From an uncultured virus (IMG/VR IMGVR_UViG_3300048625_000025) (Duplodnaviria > Heunggongvirae > Uroviricota > Caudoviricetes): 64,000 bases of DNA. The stretch spans positions 1 through 64,000 of IMG/VR virus record IMGVR_UViG_3300048625_000025. One strand, given 5' to 3'. This document shows positions 38,467 through 48,071 of this stretch, in pieces. A program made the translations under genes and the position numbers. Position 1 is the stretch's first letter; the number at the start of each line of letters is the position of its first letter. A model generated the notes under the pieces. It had not been told where the DNA came from. It did no database searches and was given only the letters and a program-made list of their open reading frames with translations.

Positions 38467-39552
38467 ATGAACAAATACGAACAGTTGATTGAATACATCA
38501 TCAACGATCAAGAAGACAAAGCCCGCGAATTATTTCACAACATCGTTGTTGAAAAGAGCCGCGACATTTACGAAAGCCTAATGGACGAAGACCAAGTTGA
38601 TGAAAACATCGACCAGTACGACCAACAAGGTGACTTAGCTGCTGACATCCAGAACGATGAAAACGGTGGACTAGGTGAAGGCGACGAAGAAATGGACGAC
38701 ATCGAATTAGACGGTGGCGATGATATGGGCAACGACGACGGTTTCGGCGGCGACGAGTTCGGTGGTGCCGACTTAGGTGGTGACGACATGGGCGGCGAAG
38801 GCGATGTTGACGGCAAGTTCCAAGACATTAAATCTGCAATCGATGAATTGCAAGCTGAATTTGACAAGCTAATGGGCGGCGAAGGCGATGGCACTAGCGG
38901 CACTGGCTCTGATGAGTTTGGTGGCGAAGAAGGTGGCGACATGGGCGATGAGTTCGGTGGCGAGCCAGAAGTTGGCGCCGAGGAAGAAGAAGAAAGCATG
39001 TACGAAGCAAAAAGCGGTTCTGGTAACCCATTTGCTAAAAAAGGTTCTGGCGTAAGCGGTTCTGGCAAGTCTGGTAGCGGCGCAAGCGGTTCTGGCAAGT
39101 CCGGTTCTGGTAACCCATTTGCTAAAAAGGGTTCCGGCTCTGGTAAAGTAATGTCAGAAACTGAAATGATGCGTGAATACGTAGAAAAGATTTCTGCTCC
39201 TTCTAACACAGAATTTACTCCAGTAGGTACTGGCACTGGTGGCGACAAAGCTGCTGGCCTAACTAAAGGTATCGTTGCTGGTAAGAACGACATGGGTGGT
39301 ACAACTGCTAATATCGCTAAAGGCGGTAGCGAAGCTGCTCCTGATGGACAATCTCCAAAAGGTAAAGCTGGCGGGTTTGTTAAGCCTGCACAAGAAATTG
39401 AAGTTGCTAAACGCAATGTAAACAAAGTTGGTGGTAATAAAGGCGCACAAGACTTTTATGGCACCAAAGCAAAAGCTAAAACTGGCGAAGGCCAAACTAC
39501 TGACGGTTCTGTTCCTGTAAGCAAGAACAGCATCGAAGGTGGTAAGAAGTAA
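38467..39552 (+). CDS. Acidic prohead core/internal protein
   Basis: ATG 38467 after AAAGGA SD and TAAATA 38425; D/E/G-rich half then K/G/S-rich half; between portal and protease. Confidence 0.65.
   Translation: MNKYEQLIEYIINDQEDKARELFHNIVVEKSRDIYESLMDEDQVDENIDQYDQQGDLAADIQNDENGGLGEGDEEMDDIELDGGDDMGNDDGFGGDEFGGADLGGDDMGGEGDVDGKFQDIKSAIDELQAEFDKLMGGEGDGTSGTGSDEFGGEEGGDMGDEFGGEPEVGAEEEEESMYEAKSGSGNPFAKKGSGVSGSGKSGSGASGSGKSGSGNPFAKKGSGSGKVMSETEMMREYVEKISAPSNTEFTPVGTGTGGDKAAGLTKGIVAGKNDMGGTTANIAKGGSEAAPDGQSPKGKAGGFVKPAQEIEVAKRNVNKVGGNKGAQDFYGTKAKAKTGEGQTTDGSVPVSKNSIEGGKK
39010..39146 (+). repeat. Low-complexity coding repeats (SGSGNPFAKKGSG x2; SGSGKSG x2)
   Basis: GGTTCTGGTAACCCATTTGCTAAAAA occurs twice; AGCGGTTCTGGCAAGTC occurs twice. 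Confidence 0.85.
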
Positions 39553-39565
39553 TTAGGGCAATAAT

Positions 39566-40204
39566 ATGGCTTTGTACCTAAAAGAGAACTTAACTTTTGA
39601 CCGAGCAGGTCTTCAGATTATTTCCGAAGACTCTGCTGACGGGAAGGGTAAGAATCTCTATATGAAAGGGATATTCATCGAGGGAGGCGTAAAGAACGCT
39701 AACCAACGTGTTTATCCCGTTCATGAAATCGGAAAAGCTGTGGAAACCATCAATGAGCAAATCAAGGGTGGTTATTCAGTCCTGGGCGAAGTGGATCATC
39801 CAGACGACCTAAAGATCAACTTGGACCGTGTGTCCCACATGATTGAACAAATGTGGATGGACGGACCATGCGGCTACGGAAAACTAAAAGTCTTGCCAAC
39901 TCCAATGGGTAAACTTGTGGAAGCAATGATTACCAGCGGTGTTAAGCTAGGTGTTAGTTCTCGTGGTAGCGGAAACGTAAACGAAAGCAGTGGTCATGTT
40001 AGTGATTTTGAAATCATTACTGTGGACATTGTTGCCCAGCCAAGTGCTCCTCACGCCTATCCTAAAGCAATTTACGAAGGTTTGATGAACATGCGAGGCG
40101 GCAATCGAATTTTTGAGATGGCGAAAGATGCCACTCAAGATCAAAAAGTGCAAAAGCACCTGAGAGAAGCTATGACAAGCTTCATCAAAGACCTTAAGAT
40201 ATAA
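39566..40204 (+). CDS. gp21: Prohead protease
   Basis: GIF...KNANQRVYP, GEVDHP, VSH, LPTPMG, GVSSRGSG, DIVAQPSAP. Confidence 0.95.
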   Translation: MALYLKENLTFDRAGLQIISEDSADGKGKNLYMKGIFIEGGVKNANQRVYPVHEIGKAVETINEQIKGGYSVLGEVDHPDDLKINLDRVSHMIEQMWMDGPCGYGKLKVLPTPMGKLVEAMITSGVKLGVSSRGSGNVNESSGHVSDFEIITVDIVAQPSAPHAYPKAIYEGLMNMRGGNRIFEMAKDATQDQKVQKHLREAMTSFIKDLKI

Positions 40205-40218
40205 CAGGAGAAAACCTA

Positions 40219-41325
40219 ATGTTAGATGCTATCAAACCATTGCTAGACAGCGGCATTATTAACGAAAGCACTCAAACGGCTATTAACGAAGCATGGGAAG
40301 CACGTCTTTCCGAAGCTAAGGAAACAGTACGTGCAGAGCTTCGTGAAGAATTTGCACAACGCTATCAGCATGACAAACAAGTCATGGTAGAGGCTCTAGA
40401 CAAAATGGTAACAGAAAGTCTTACTGCTGAATTAGCTGAATTCCAAGAAGAAAAGCAAGCCCTTGCTGAAGACCGTGTGAAATTTAAACGTCACATGAGC
40501 GAAAGCGCAGGCAAGTTTAACTCTTTCATGGTAAGCAAGCTAAGTGAAGAAATTCAAGAGTTACGTAGTGACCGCAAGGTTTACGAAAACTCTATCGGCA
40601 AGTTAGAAAACTTTGTGATCAAGGCGTTAGCCGAAGAACTAAAAGAATTTGAACAAGACAAACAAGCAGTCGTTGAAACTAAAGTCCGCTTAATTGCTGG
40701 TGCTAAAGAGAAGATGGCAGAGCTACAACAGCAATTTATTGCACGTAGTTCTACACTTGTTAAAGAAGCTGTTGCTAAGAATTTAGAGTCAGAGTTGACT
40801 CAACTAAAAGAAGACATCCAAATTGCTCGTGAGAACATGTTCGGTCGTCGACTATTTGAAGCTTTCGCTAGTGAATTCAGCGTTACTCACTTAAATGAGA
40901 ACAAAGAAATTCAAAAGCTACAATCTGCATTGACACAAACTAAGCAACAAGTTGCTGAGTCTCGTCGTGCTGCTGAAGAAGCTGCAATGATCGTTGAATC
41001 AAAAGAAAAAGAGATTCGTGTAATCAAAGAAAGTTCGGAACGTAGCCAGTTAATGGCAAACTTGATGAAACCTTTGAGTCGAGAGAAGGCCGCAGTTATG
41101 AGCGAACTTCTAGAGAGCGTGCAAACTGCTAAGTTGCAGGGCGCATACGAAAAGTATCTTCCAGCTGTACTAAATAACAAAGCGACTGTCGCTACACCTG
41201 CTCCACAAAAGCAAGTAATGACAGAGAGCCGAGTTGAAGTTACTGGAGATAAGGCTGCTAAAATTGCTGCGGACCGAGTAGACACAAATGTGATCGACTT
41301 GAAGCGTTTAGCAGGGCTAAAATAA
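40219..41325 (+). CDS. gp22: Prohead scaffold protein
   Basis: Coiled-coil, Glu-rich protein between the protease and the major capsid gene. Confidence 0.8.
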   Translation: MLDAIKPLLDSGIINESTQTAINEAWEARLSEAKETVRAELREEFAQRYQHDKQVMVEALDKMVTESLTAELAEFQEEKQALAEDRVKFKRHMSESAGKFNSFMVSKLSEEIQELRSDRKVYENSIGKLENFVIKALAEELKEFEQDKQAVVETKVRLIAGAKEKMAELQQQFIARSSTLVKEAVAKNLESELTQLKEDIQIARENMFGRRLFEAFASEFSVTHLNENKEIQKLQSALTQTKQQVAESRRAAEEAAMIVESKEKEIRVIKESSERSQLMANLMKPLSREKAAVMSELLESVQTAKLQGAYEKYLPAVLNNKATVATPAPQKQVMTESRVEVTGDKAAKIAADRVDTNVIDLKRLAGLK

Positions 41326-41352
41326 TAAACCCTAATTAGGAGAAATGACATT

Positions 41353-42528
41353 ATGACAACCGCATTACTAGAGAGCCGTTGGGGCGAAACAAAAGACGCC
41401 CTACTAGAAGGCTTACAAGGTTCGAAGAGAACTACAATGGGCGTGATCTTAGAGAACACCCGTAAACAATTGAGCGAATCTGCAACAGCAGGTGGTACAT
41501 CCGCAGGTAGCGTGGCTACACTTAACCGTGTAATCTTGCCAGTTATCCGTCGCGTTATGCCTACAGTTATCGCTAACGAAATCGTTGGTGTTCAACCAAT
41601 GACAGGCCCAGTGGCTCAGATTCATACACTACGTGTACGTTATGCTGATGGCACAACAGGTCCAGACAGCAGCCAAAATACTGGCGCTGGTGACGAAGCA
41701 TTGAGCCCATTCAAGATTGCTACTCAGTACTCAGGTACAGGTACAACTGGTAAGGCTTCAAGCACAGCTACTTTAGAAGGCGTACCTGGTAACCGTATCA
41801 ACGTACAAATCTTGAAGCAAGTTGTTGAAGCTAAGACACGTAAATTGTCTGCACGTTGGACATTTGAAGCTGCTCAAGACGCACAAGCTATGCACGGTTT
41901 GGACGTTGAAGCAGAAGTTATGGCCGCTTTGGCACAAGAAATCACAGTTGAAATCGACCAAGAGATCCTAGGTTCTCTACGTTCATTGGCAGCTACTGAA
42001 TTCACATTCAACCAAGCTACTGTATCTGGTACAGCTACATTCGTTGGTGACGAGCACGCTGCTTTGGCAGTATTGATCAACCGCGCAAGCAACTTGATCG
42101 CTCAACGCACACGTCGTGGTGCTGGTAACTGGGCAGTTGTGTCTAGTGCTGCTTTGACAGTATTGCAATCTGCTACAACTAGCGCATTTGCACGTACTAC
42201 AGAAGGTACATTCGAAGCTCCTACAAACACTAAGTTTGTTGGTACATTGAACGGTGCAATGAAGATTTATGTTGACGGCTATGCCCAAGACGGACAATCT
42301 GTATTGGTTGGTTACAAAGGTTCGAGCGAAGCTGATGCAGCAGCGTTCTATTGCCCATACGTACCATTGATGAGCTCTGGTGTTGTTCTAGACCCAAGCA
42401 CATTCGAACCAGTAGTTGGCTTCATGACCCGTTACGGTTATGTTGAGTTGACAAACACAGCTAGCTCATTGGGCAACGCTGGTGACTACTTGGCAGAAAT
42501 CGCTGTAAGCAACTTGAGCTTCCAGTAA
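41353..42528 (+). CDS. gp23: Major capsid protein
   Basis: RRVMPTVIANEIVGVQPMTGP, EAKTRKLSARWTFEAAQD, EIDQEI, FYCPYVPL, FMTRYG. Confidence 0.96.
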   Translation: MTTALLESRWGETKDALLEGLQGSKRTTMGVILENTRKQLSESATAGGTSAGSVATLNRVILPVIRRVMPTVIANEIVGVQPMTGPVAQIHTLRVRYADGTTGPDSSQNTGAGDEALSPFKIATQYSGTGTTGKASSTATLEGVPGNRINVQILKQVVEAKTRKLSARWTFEAAQDAQAMHGLDVEAEVMAALAQEITVEIDQEILGSLRSLAATEFTFNQATVSGTATFVGDEHAALAVLINRASNLIAQRTRRGAGNWAVVSSAALTVLQSATTSAFARTTEGTFEAPTNTKFVGTLNGAMKIYVDGYAQDGQSVLVGYKGSSEADAAAFYCPYVPLMSSGVVLDPSTFEPVVGFMTRYGYVELTNTASSLGNAGDYLAEIAVSNLSFQ

Positions 42529-42565
42529 TATCTACCCACAGCATCGCAAGATGCTGTCCCCTAAG

Positions 42566-42589
42566 AAGCCCCTTAATTGGGGCTTTTTT
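42566..42589 (+). terminator. Rho-independent terminator after gp23
   Basis: AAGCCCC-TTAATT-GGGGCTT followed by a T-run; preceded by a GCAA-tetraloop hairpin at 42538-42557. Confidence 0.85.
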
Positions 42590-42621
42590 ACGTCTACACC
42601 ACTTTTTTAGTAAATACTAGC

Positions 42622-43491
42622 ATGAAACAAATTTTTCGATATTCCCCGCTGGACGCATTGTTGTTAATAAATTTAATACTTGTTGGATCTATTCCTTACT
42701 TAGTAGCATGTTACGACCCTCCTGTGTGGGCATGGTTTGTTATTAGCGTATTCCATATATGGTTTATTGTTAACGTACAAAACACCTGCTTACATCATCA
42801 CGCTCATTGCAGCGTATTTGTTTCTGCAACAATGAATAGAATATACGAATTATTTGTAAGCGCAGTCTCGGGATTACCACACCAATTATGGCGTCACGGA
42901 CATTTACTGCATCACAAGCACATTAATGATAAGCCAGTCAATGGTCGAACAAAAGACCCAGTATCAGTTTTTAAATTTAGTAAAACTAATGAGCCTACTA
43001 ATTTTTGGATATACTGCTGGCGCTCGGCACTGTACGGTGATGCTAAGTGGGCATGGGTATCTGTTGTTCCTGATATTTTAAAAGTTAAAGAATTGTATGC
43101 TCGTTTCAAACGAGAACAGTGGGCAGTTAGAATCTATTGGTTGAGTATATTTCTAATAAACCCGGTATACGGTCTATTTTTAATTCCAGTCTATTTTATG
43201 GCGTACTTTGTTAACAATGCAAACAGCTACGGCGAGCATTGGGGCGTATTAGACCGTAGAGGTGATACTACACAAGATTCGATCGGCATCTACAGTACTT
43301 GGTATAACATTTTTGGATTTGGTGCAGGATATCACCAAGAGCATCATCATAGACCGGGTGTACACTGGACGGAGATGCATAATGTTACTAAGTTGCTACA
43401 CCCTGATAGAAAGATTGTTAATGGAATACACATTCTAAACAATCCGTTTTGGAGTCACTTTAAGCTACTGTTTAAGAAAAACGCTAAATAG
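42622..43491 (+). CDS. Membrane fatty-acid desaturase-like protein
   Basis: Three His boxes (HHHAH, HLLHHKH, HQEHHH) and hydrophobic segments; ATG 42622 follows TAAATA at 42611. Confidence 0.85.
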   Translation: MKQIFRYSPLDALLLINLILVGSIPYLVACYDPPVWAWFVISVFHIWFIVNVQNTCLHHHAHCSVFVSATMNRIYELFVSAVSGLPHQLWRHGHLLHHKHINDKPVNGRTKDPVSVFKFSKTNEPTNFWIYCWRSALYGDAKWAWVSVVPDILKVKELYARFKREQWAVRIYWLSIFLINPVYGLFLIPVYFMAYFVNNANSYGEHWGVLDRRGDTTQDSIGIYSTWYNIFGFGAGYHQEHHHRPGVHWTEMHNVTKLLHPDRKIVNGIHILNNPFWSHFKLLFKKNAK

Positions 43492-43493
43492 TA

Positions 43494-43546
43494 TGTTCGC
43501 TCTTAATTGAGAGTTTATGCTGTACCATCAGCGTAGGCCTAGAACG
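43494..43546 (+). promoter_or_regulatory. Structured 5' leader (three-way junction) of a late structural gene
   Basis: Follows TAAATA 43485-90; TGTTC/GAACG closing stem around CTCTT-AATT-GAGAG and TTTATGCTG-TACCAT-CAGCGTAGG. Confidence 0.5.
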
Positions 43547-43575
43547 CTATTTTCATATTTTAAGGAGAAAACAAA

Positions 43576-44490
43576 ATGGGACGTCCTTTAGCAAAAAGAT
43601 TTTTCGGTAACCGTAACGTCGGTACCAACGGTGGTTACACAGCAGATGATGGCATCGGCGGTGAAGGCCTAGCAAGTGCAGCAGTATCGGTTGCTGGTTC
43701 GTATACTACTACATTACCAACAATTACATTTTCGGCACCACAACTACCAGGCGGCGTAACAGCAACCGGTGTTATTGTGTCTAAAGTAATTAGCGCCACA
43801 ATTTCAGGTGGTACAGGATATGGTAACGCACAAACATTTGACTTAACAGTCACTACAGCAGGCGGTTCAGCAGTTCTTAACGTAACTTCCGATGCTGGTG
43901 GTGCAGTTGTTACCGTTAACAGCGTTACAACCGCAGGCTCGTTTACTGCATTGAGCGCGGTAACTGGCGTTTCTGGTGGTACAGGTACTGGTGCAGTTCC
44001 AGTATTAACATACGGTGCATTATCAGTGACAGTTACTAACAAAGGTTCTGGCTACACAGCAGCACCAACAGTGTCGTACACAAACCGTGGTGGTATTACA
44101 GTAAACACTATTACATTAACAACTGACAGTGGTGATGTTGGTTCTGCAACAAACCAAGAAAATGCTATCCTTGCTTACGCTTACGTAACTAGTAACAGCT
44201 TAGTTGCTGATATTAACGCACAAAAAGGTAGCCACCGCTATCGCGTCACAACTAGCGAAGGTACAGCAGTATGTTCTTTAGTTGCAGCTACACCAGCAGC
44301 AGTAGGAGAAATGAGTATTACTGCTACAGACAGCAGCGGCAAGACTTACTATGTTACCAAGCTAACTAGCCACAACGCATTGTTGACACAATACGGTACA
44401 GCCGGGCATGAGTTTGATGACGGTACAATGGTACGTTGGACATTTGATGCAGCTACATTGAACACTACTGTTCAAATTGCTAACGCCTAA
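43576..44490 (+). CDS. Virion structural protein (Thr/Gly-rich, possible head decoration)
   Basis: Strong SD TAAGGAG, own promoter and terminator; MGRPL start; QKGSHRYRV. Confidence 0.6.
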   Translation: MGRPLAKRFFGNRNVGTNGGYTADDGIGGEGLASAAVSVAGSYTTTLPTITFSAPQLPGGVTATGVIVSKVISATISGGTGYGNAQTFDLTVTTAGGSAVLNVTSDAGGAVVTVNSVTTAGSFTALSAVTGVSGGTGTGAVPVLTYGALSVTVTNKGSGYTAAPTVSYTNRGGITVNTITLTTDSGDVGSATNQENAILAYAYVTSNSLVADINAQKGSHRYRVTTSEGTAVCSLVAATPAAVGEMSITATDSSGKTYYVTKLTSHNALLTQYGTAGHEFDDGTMVRWTFDAATLNTTVQIANA

Positions 44491-44503
44491 TTGTAAGCAA
44501 ACT

Positions 44504-44533
44504 AAAAATAGCACCTTCGGGTGCTATTTTTTT
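44504..44533 (+). terminator. Rho-independent terminator (possibly bidirectional)
   Basis: AAAAATAGCACC-TTCG-GGTGCTATTTTTTT. Confidence 0.92.
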
Positions 44534-44583
44534 GGCCCTAAGTAATATTTTGTTAGCATAAATATCTAATAACGGAATGACAA

Positions 44584-45201
44584 ATGTCTCAGAATACAAG
44601 ATTTAACGGCACATGGAATATTACTGGTATCGAATCTACTAGTAACGTCCAGATTAACAACCATACTTTAATTGTTAACGGCAACTTAAAGGTGCTTGGT
44701 ACGGTAGCAAACATTTCGTCAACAAACACGCAGGTTGTTGACAACATCATTACATTAAACCAGGGCGAATCTGGCGCTGGCGTAACAGCAGTTTACTCAG
44801 GAATCGAAATTGATCGCGGTATATCGCCTAAGGTAGCACTTCGTTGGAACGAAGGTACACTAATCTGGGAACTAACTAAAAACGGTGCCACATACGAACC
44901 AATTTACTCAGGTGCACCAGGTATTGCTAGTTTAGGTGATGACCCAAATCCTCAGTTAGGTGCAAACTTAGACGTACTAAGCAGAAGCATCTTTAGTTCA
45001 AACACAGAAATTATCAAACACGACACTAACGTCGCGATTCAAAACACAACAGTGGCACCAAGCGCCCACACTGGGTACAATGTTATCTATAGCCAAACAC
45101 CAAACGGCGGCCGTACTGGTATATTTGTAACAAACGACACAGTACAACAACAAGAATTAATCTCTAAGAACAAAGCACTATTTTACTCTTTGATGATGTA
45201 A
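44584..45201 (+). CDS. Virion structural protein
   Basis: DNIITLNQGE...SGIEIDRG...WNE fibre-type motif; TAAATA at 44559-64. Confidence 0.6.
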   Translation: MSQNTRFNGTWNITGIESTSNVQINNHTLIVNGNLKVLGTVANISSTNTQVVDNIITLNQGESGAGVTAVYSGIEIDRGISPKVALRWNEGTLIWELTKNGATYEPIYSGAPGIASLGDDPNPQLGANLDVLSRSIFSSNTEIIKHDTNVAIQNTTVAPSAHTGYNVIYSQTPNGGRTGIFVTNDTVQQQELISKNKALFYSLMM

Positions 45202-45211
45202 GGAAAAGAAA

Positions 45212-45514
45212 ATGATTACAAGCGTACAACTAACAACTACCGCAGCAAATATTATCTACGGTACTAGCACTCAGTCAAAGGGTATTACAGCGATGTATCT
45301 TTGCAATACCAATGGAACATCAGCAACAGCTAATGTATTCTTGGTACCAGCTGGCGGCACTGTAGCAGATTGCAGAATCTACAGCAATTTAAGCATCGCA
45401 GCATCTGATACACATATTTCAGATTTGGAGCGCATTGTATTAGATGCGGGCGACAGTATCTGGGCAAACGCAAGTGGTAACATTGTAATGACCATTAGCT
45501 CAATGGGAGCTTAA
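45212..45514 (+). CDS. Small structural protein
   Basis: 100 aa, beta-rich (LCN...IVLDAGDSI); SD AAGGA. Confidence 0.55.
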   Translation: MITSVQLTTTAANIIYGTSTQSKGITAMYLCNTNGTSATANVFLVPAGGTVADCRIYSNLSIAASDTHISDLERIVLDAGDSIWANASGNIVMTISSMGA

Positions 45515-45516
45515 TA

Positions 45517-45945
45517 ATGGCTCGATTCTTAAAGAACACACAACTTAAAGGTGGTAGCTACGCTATTCAATTACCTCTTGGTACAAGCAGCTTAGGTCCC
45601 GACTTTCCAGTTAACGGACAGATTCGTTACAATCAAACAAATAGTAAAATTGAATTCTTTTACAACAGTGCATGGAACCAAGTTGCTAAAATTGGTACAG
45701 TGGCATTAGTAGTAGATGAGTTCACAGGCGACAATGCTACAGTTAACTTTACCATGAGTCAAAGCGAAAGCAGTGCAAGTAACATCCTAGTTACAATTAG
45801 CGGAGTGTATCAAGCTCCGGTGAACAACTACACAGTGTCTGGCACACAGTTAACATTTACAAGTCCTCCTCCTGCAATTGATGCAAGTGGTAACCCAAAC
45901 AAAATTATTGTTGTACATAACATCAACAGCACAAACGCAGCTTAA
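45517..45945 (+). CDS. Structural protein with Ig-like domain
   Basis: GQIRYN...EF; FTGD...ILVTISGVYQAP...YTVSGTQLTFTSPP. Confidence 0.55.
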   Translation: MARFLKNTQLKGGSYAIQLPLGTSSLGPDFPVNGQIRYNQTNSKIEFFYNSAWNQVAKIGTVALVVDEFTGDNATVNFTMSQSESSASNILVTISGVYQAPVNNYTVSGTQLTFTSPPPAIDASGNPNKIIVVHNINSTNAA

Positions 45946-45956
45946 CGGAGAACTAG

Positions 45957-47990
45957 ATGGCAATCGGTAGAATATCAGGTTCAATGCTAGTGTCCAATTT
46001 GGACAGACAAGGCACGGATCTACAGTTCACAACAAACAGTCAGCCATTATTCTACATGAACTTTAGTCAGTTCCGTACTGGCATTAACACAAACGTAGCA
46101 ACACAAACCCTAACAATTAATGGTAACTTGAGTACCAGTGGTATTCTAATTGACGGTAATACTATTTCTGCTTTAAATGGTGGAGCTGTTACCTTTGTTG
46201 GTAACGCGAACTTAGGCCCAATTGGTAACGTTAAGATCACTGGTGGGACAAACGGGTACTTGATCTTTACAGATGGTGCAGGCAACTTGTCGTTTGGTGA
46301 TCCTAGCGTAGTGGTTGGGCAGACTATCAATGCAAACGTTATTTCATTAGGCACAAATGCAACGGGATCTTTCTCTAGTGCATTGTCATTCACTAACACA
46401 ACCAAAGTCACTGATGCGATTGCAAGCCTAAACCAATTAGTTGGTACAGTTACTGATTCAACTGGTTCAGTAATTCATGTAACGGGTAATGTAACCGCAG
46501 GCAACGTAATTAGTAACTTCTACGGCAACGTAGTGGGCAATACTGCTGGAATTCACACTGGCGACGTTAGCGGCAACATTACAGGCACAACCGCTTCGTT
46601 TACGAACGTATCTGGCACATTATTAACAGCAAACCAGCCCAACCTTACCTCAGTTGGAACCCTTGTAGCTCTTAGTGTTACCGGTAACATAGCAGCAGGC
46701 AACATTTCGGCAGCTACTATTAGCGGCAGTCTTAGCGGAACAGTACTTACTCCTGCTCAACCAAACATTACTAGTGTTGGTTCGTTAACAAGTTTGGTAG
46801 TAACAGGAAACGTTCAAGCTGGTAACGTAACTGCAACGCAATTTAACGGCGACACTTTTGGTATTCATTCTGGTAATGCTAGCGGAACAAGTGCTAGCTT
46901 TACTAACATCGCTGGCACATTGACTACCGCAGCACAACCTAACATCACAACAGTTGGTACACTAATTAGTGTAGCAGTAACTGGTAACGTAACCGCAGCC
47001 AACGTTAATGCAACCATGCACGGAAACATTGTAGGACCTACTGCACTGTTTAGTAGTAACGTAACATCCACTGGGTTTATTGCAGTTGGTGCAGGTGCTG
47101 ATAACAGAGACGCCGGCGCGATTGGTTTTGTAAACGACAGTTTTGGTTTCACAACACAAAACAACGATGCGGTGGTAATTTTAAACGAGCAAGGCGTAAC
47201 TGAACAGGTATTGTTCTTAGGTGACACAGGCTTAGGCAACAGTGGGACATTATTAGGAGTAGCAATCGGAAGCACTCCAGTATTGAACTTAACTGGGGCA
47301 GGACATCTAACAGTCACTGGGAACGTAAACGCTGGAACTTTTAACGGAATCCAGCATGGTGATGTTAATACAAACAACATCACTGGTATTAACGGTAACC
47401 TAACAATTACAGTTCCATCTAACCAAGTGGCAATCTTTGCATCAAACACTGCTATGCAAATTCCTGCTGGTCCCGACTCTGCAAGACCAGCAGGAGTTCC
47501 GGGATATACTCGGTACAATACATCTGCATCAATGCTGGAGTATTATGATGGGTCTCAATGGGTTCCGGTTACTAACAAGGTTACTAATCAGACATTCAGT
47601 GGTAACGGGGTCGACGACACATTTGCATTAACACGAACCACTACCTTGCTTGGTACATTGGTAAGCATTAACGGTACACTACAACAACCAACAGTAGCAT
47701 ACACAATTGGTTTAGCAGGGGACACTATTACCTTTGCTGAAATTCCAGTATCAACTGACGTTATTGAAATTCGTTTCTTAGGCGGTGTAACTAGCGTAAG
47801 CGGAACAGTTACTGGTGACCTAAACGTACAGGGTAACGTTACATTAAGCGGTATACTAAAAGCTCCACAAGCAACTAAGGCATCAAATGCCACTGGTACT
47901 GCTGGTCAAATTTGCTGGGATGCAAATTACATCTACATCTGCACTGCAACAAATACGTGGAAACGCACGTTGCTATCTGGCGGATACTAA
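45957..47990 (+). CDS. Fibre-like structural protein
   Basis: 677 aa; repeated (T)AAQPNITSVGTL...VTGN units; C-terminal GQICWDANYIYICTATNTWKR. Confidence 0.65.
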   Translation: MAIGRISGSMLVSNLDRQGTDLQFTTNSQPLFYMNFSQFRTGINTNVATQTLTINGNLSTSGILIDGNTISALNGGAVTFVGNANLGPIGNVKITGGTNGYLIFTDGAGNLSFGDPSVVVGQTINANVISLGTNATGSFSSALSFTNTTKVTDAIASLNQLVGTVTDSTGSVIHVTGNVTAGNVISNFYGNVVGNTAGIHTGDVSGNITGTTASFTNVSGTLLTANQPNLTSVGTLVALSVTGNIAAGNISAATISGSLSGTVLTPAQPNITSVGSLTSLVVTGNVQAGNVTATQFNGDTFGIHSGNASGTSASFTNIAGTLTTAAQPNITTVGTLISVAVTGNVTAANVNATMHGNIVGPTALFSSNVTSTGFIAVGAGADNRDAGAIGFVNDSFGFTTQNNDAVVILNEQGVTEQVLFLGDTGLGNSGTLLGVAIGSTPVLNLTGAGHLTVTGNVNAGTFNGIQHGDVNTNNITGINGNLTITVPSNQVAIFASNTAMQIPAGPDSARPAGVPGYTRYNTSASMLEYYDGSQWVPVTNKVTNQTFSGNGVDDTFALTRTTTLLGTLVSINGTLQQPTVAYTIGLAGDTITFAEIPVSTDVIEIRFLGGVTSVSGTVTGDLNVQGNVTLSGILKAPQATKASNATGTAGQICWDANYIYICTATNTWKRTLLSGGY

Positions 47991-48007
47991 TCTAAACCTA
48001 CTTAATT

Positions 48008-48041
48008 CATTCTTTGCCGTAATTGGCAAGGAATGTCTTTT
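48008..48041 (+). terminator. Terminator-like hairpin just before the TAAATA at 48045-50
   Basis: CATTCTTTGCC-GTAATT-GGCAAGGAATG then TCTTTT. Confidence 0.5.
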
Positions 48042-48071
48042 GGCTAAATATGTTATATTGGAGCGTTTGGC

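Noticed and set aside
38568..39425. Long antisense ORFs (also 53654..54454, 55760..56626, 46865..47518)
   Set aside because: Shadow ORFs caused by codon bias in Gly/Thr/Ser-rich sense genes.
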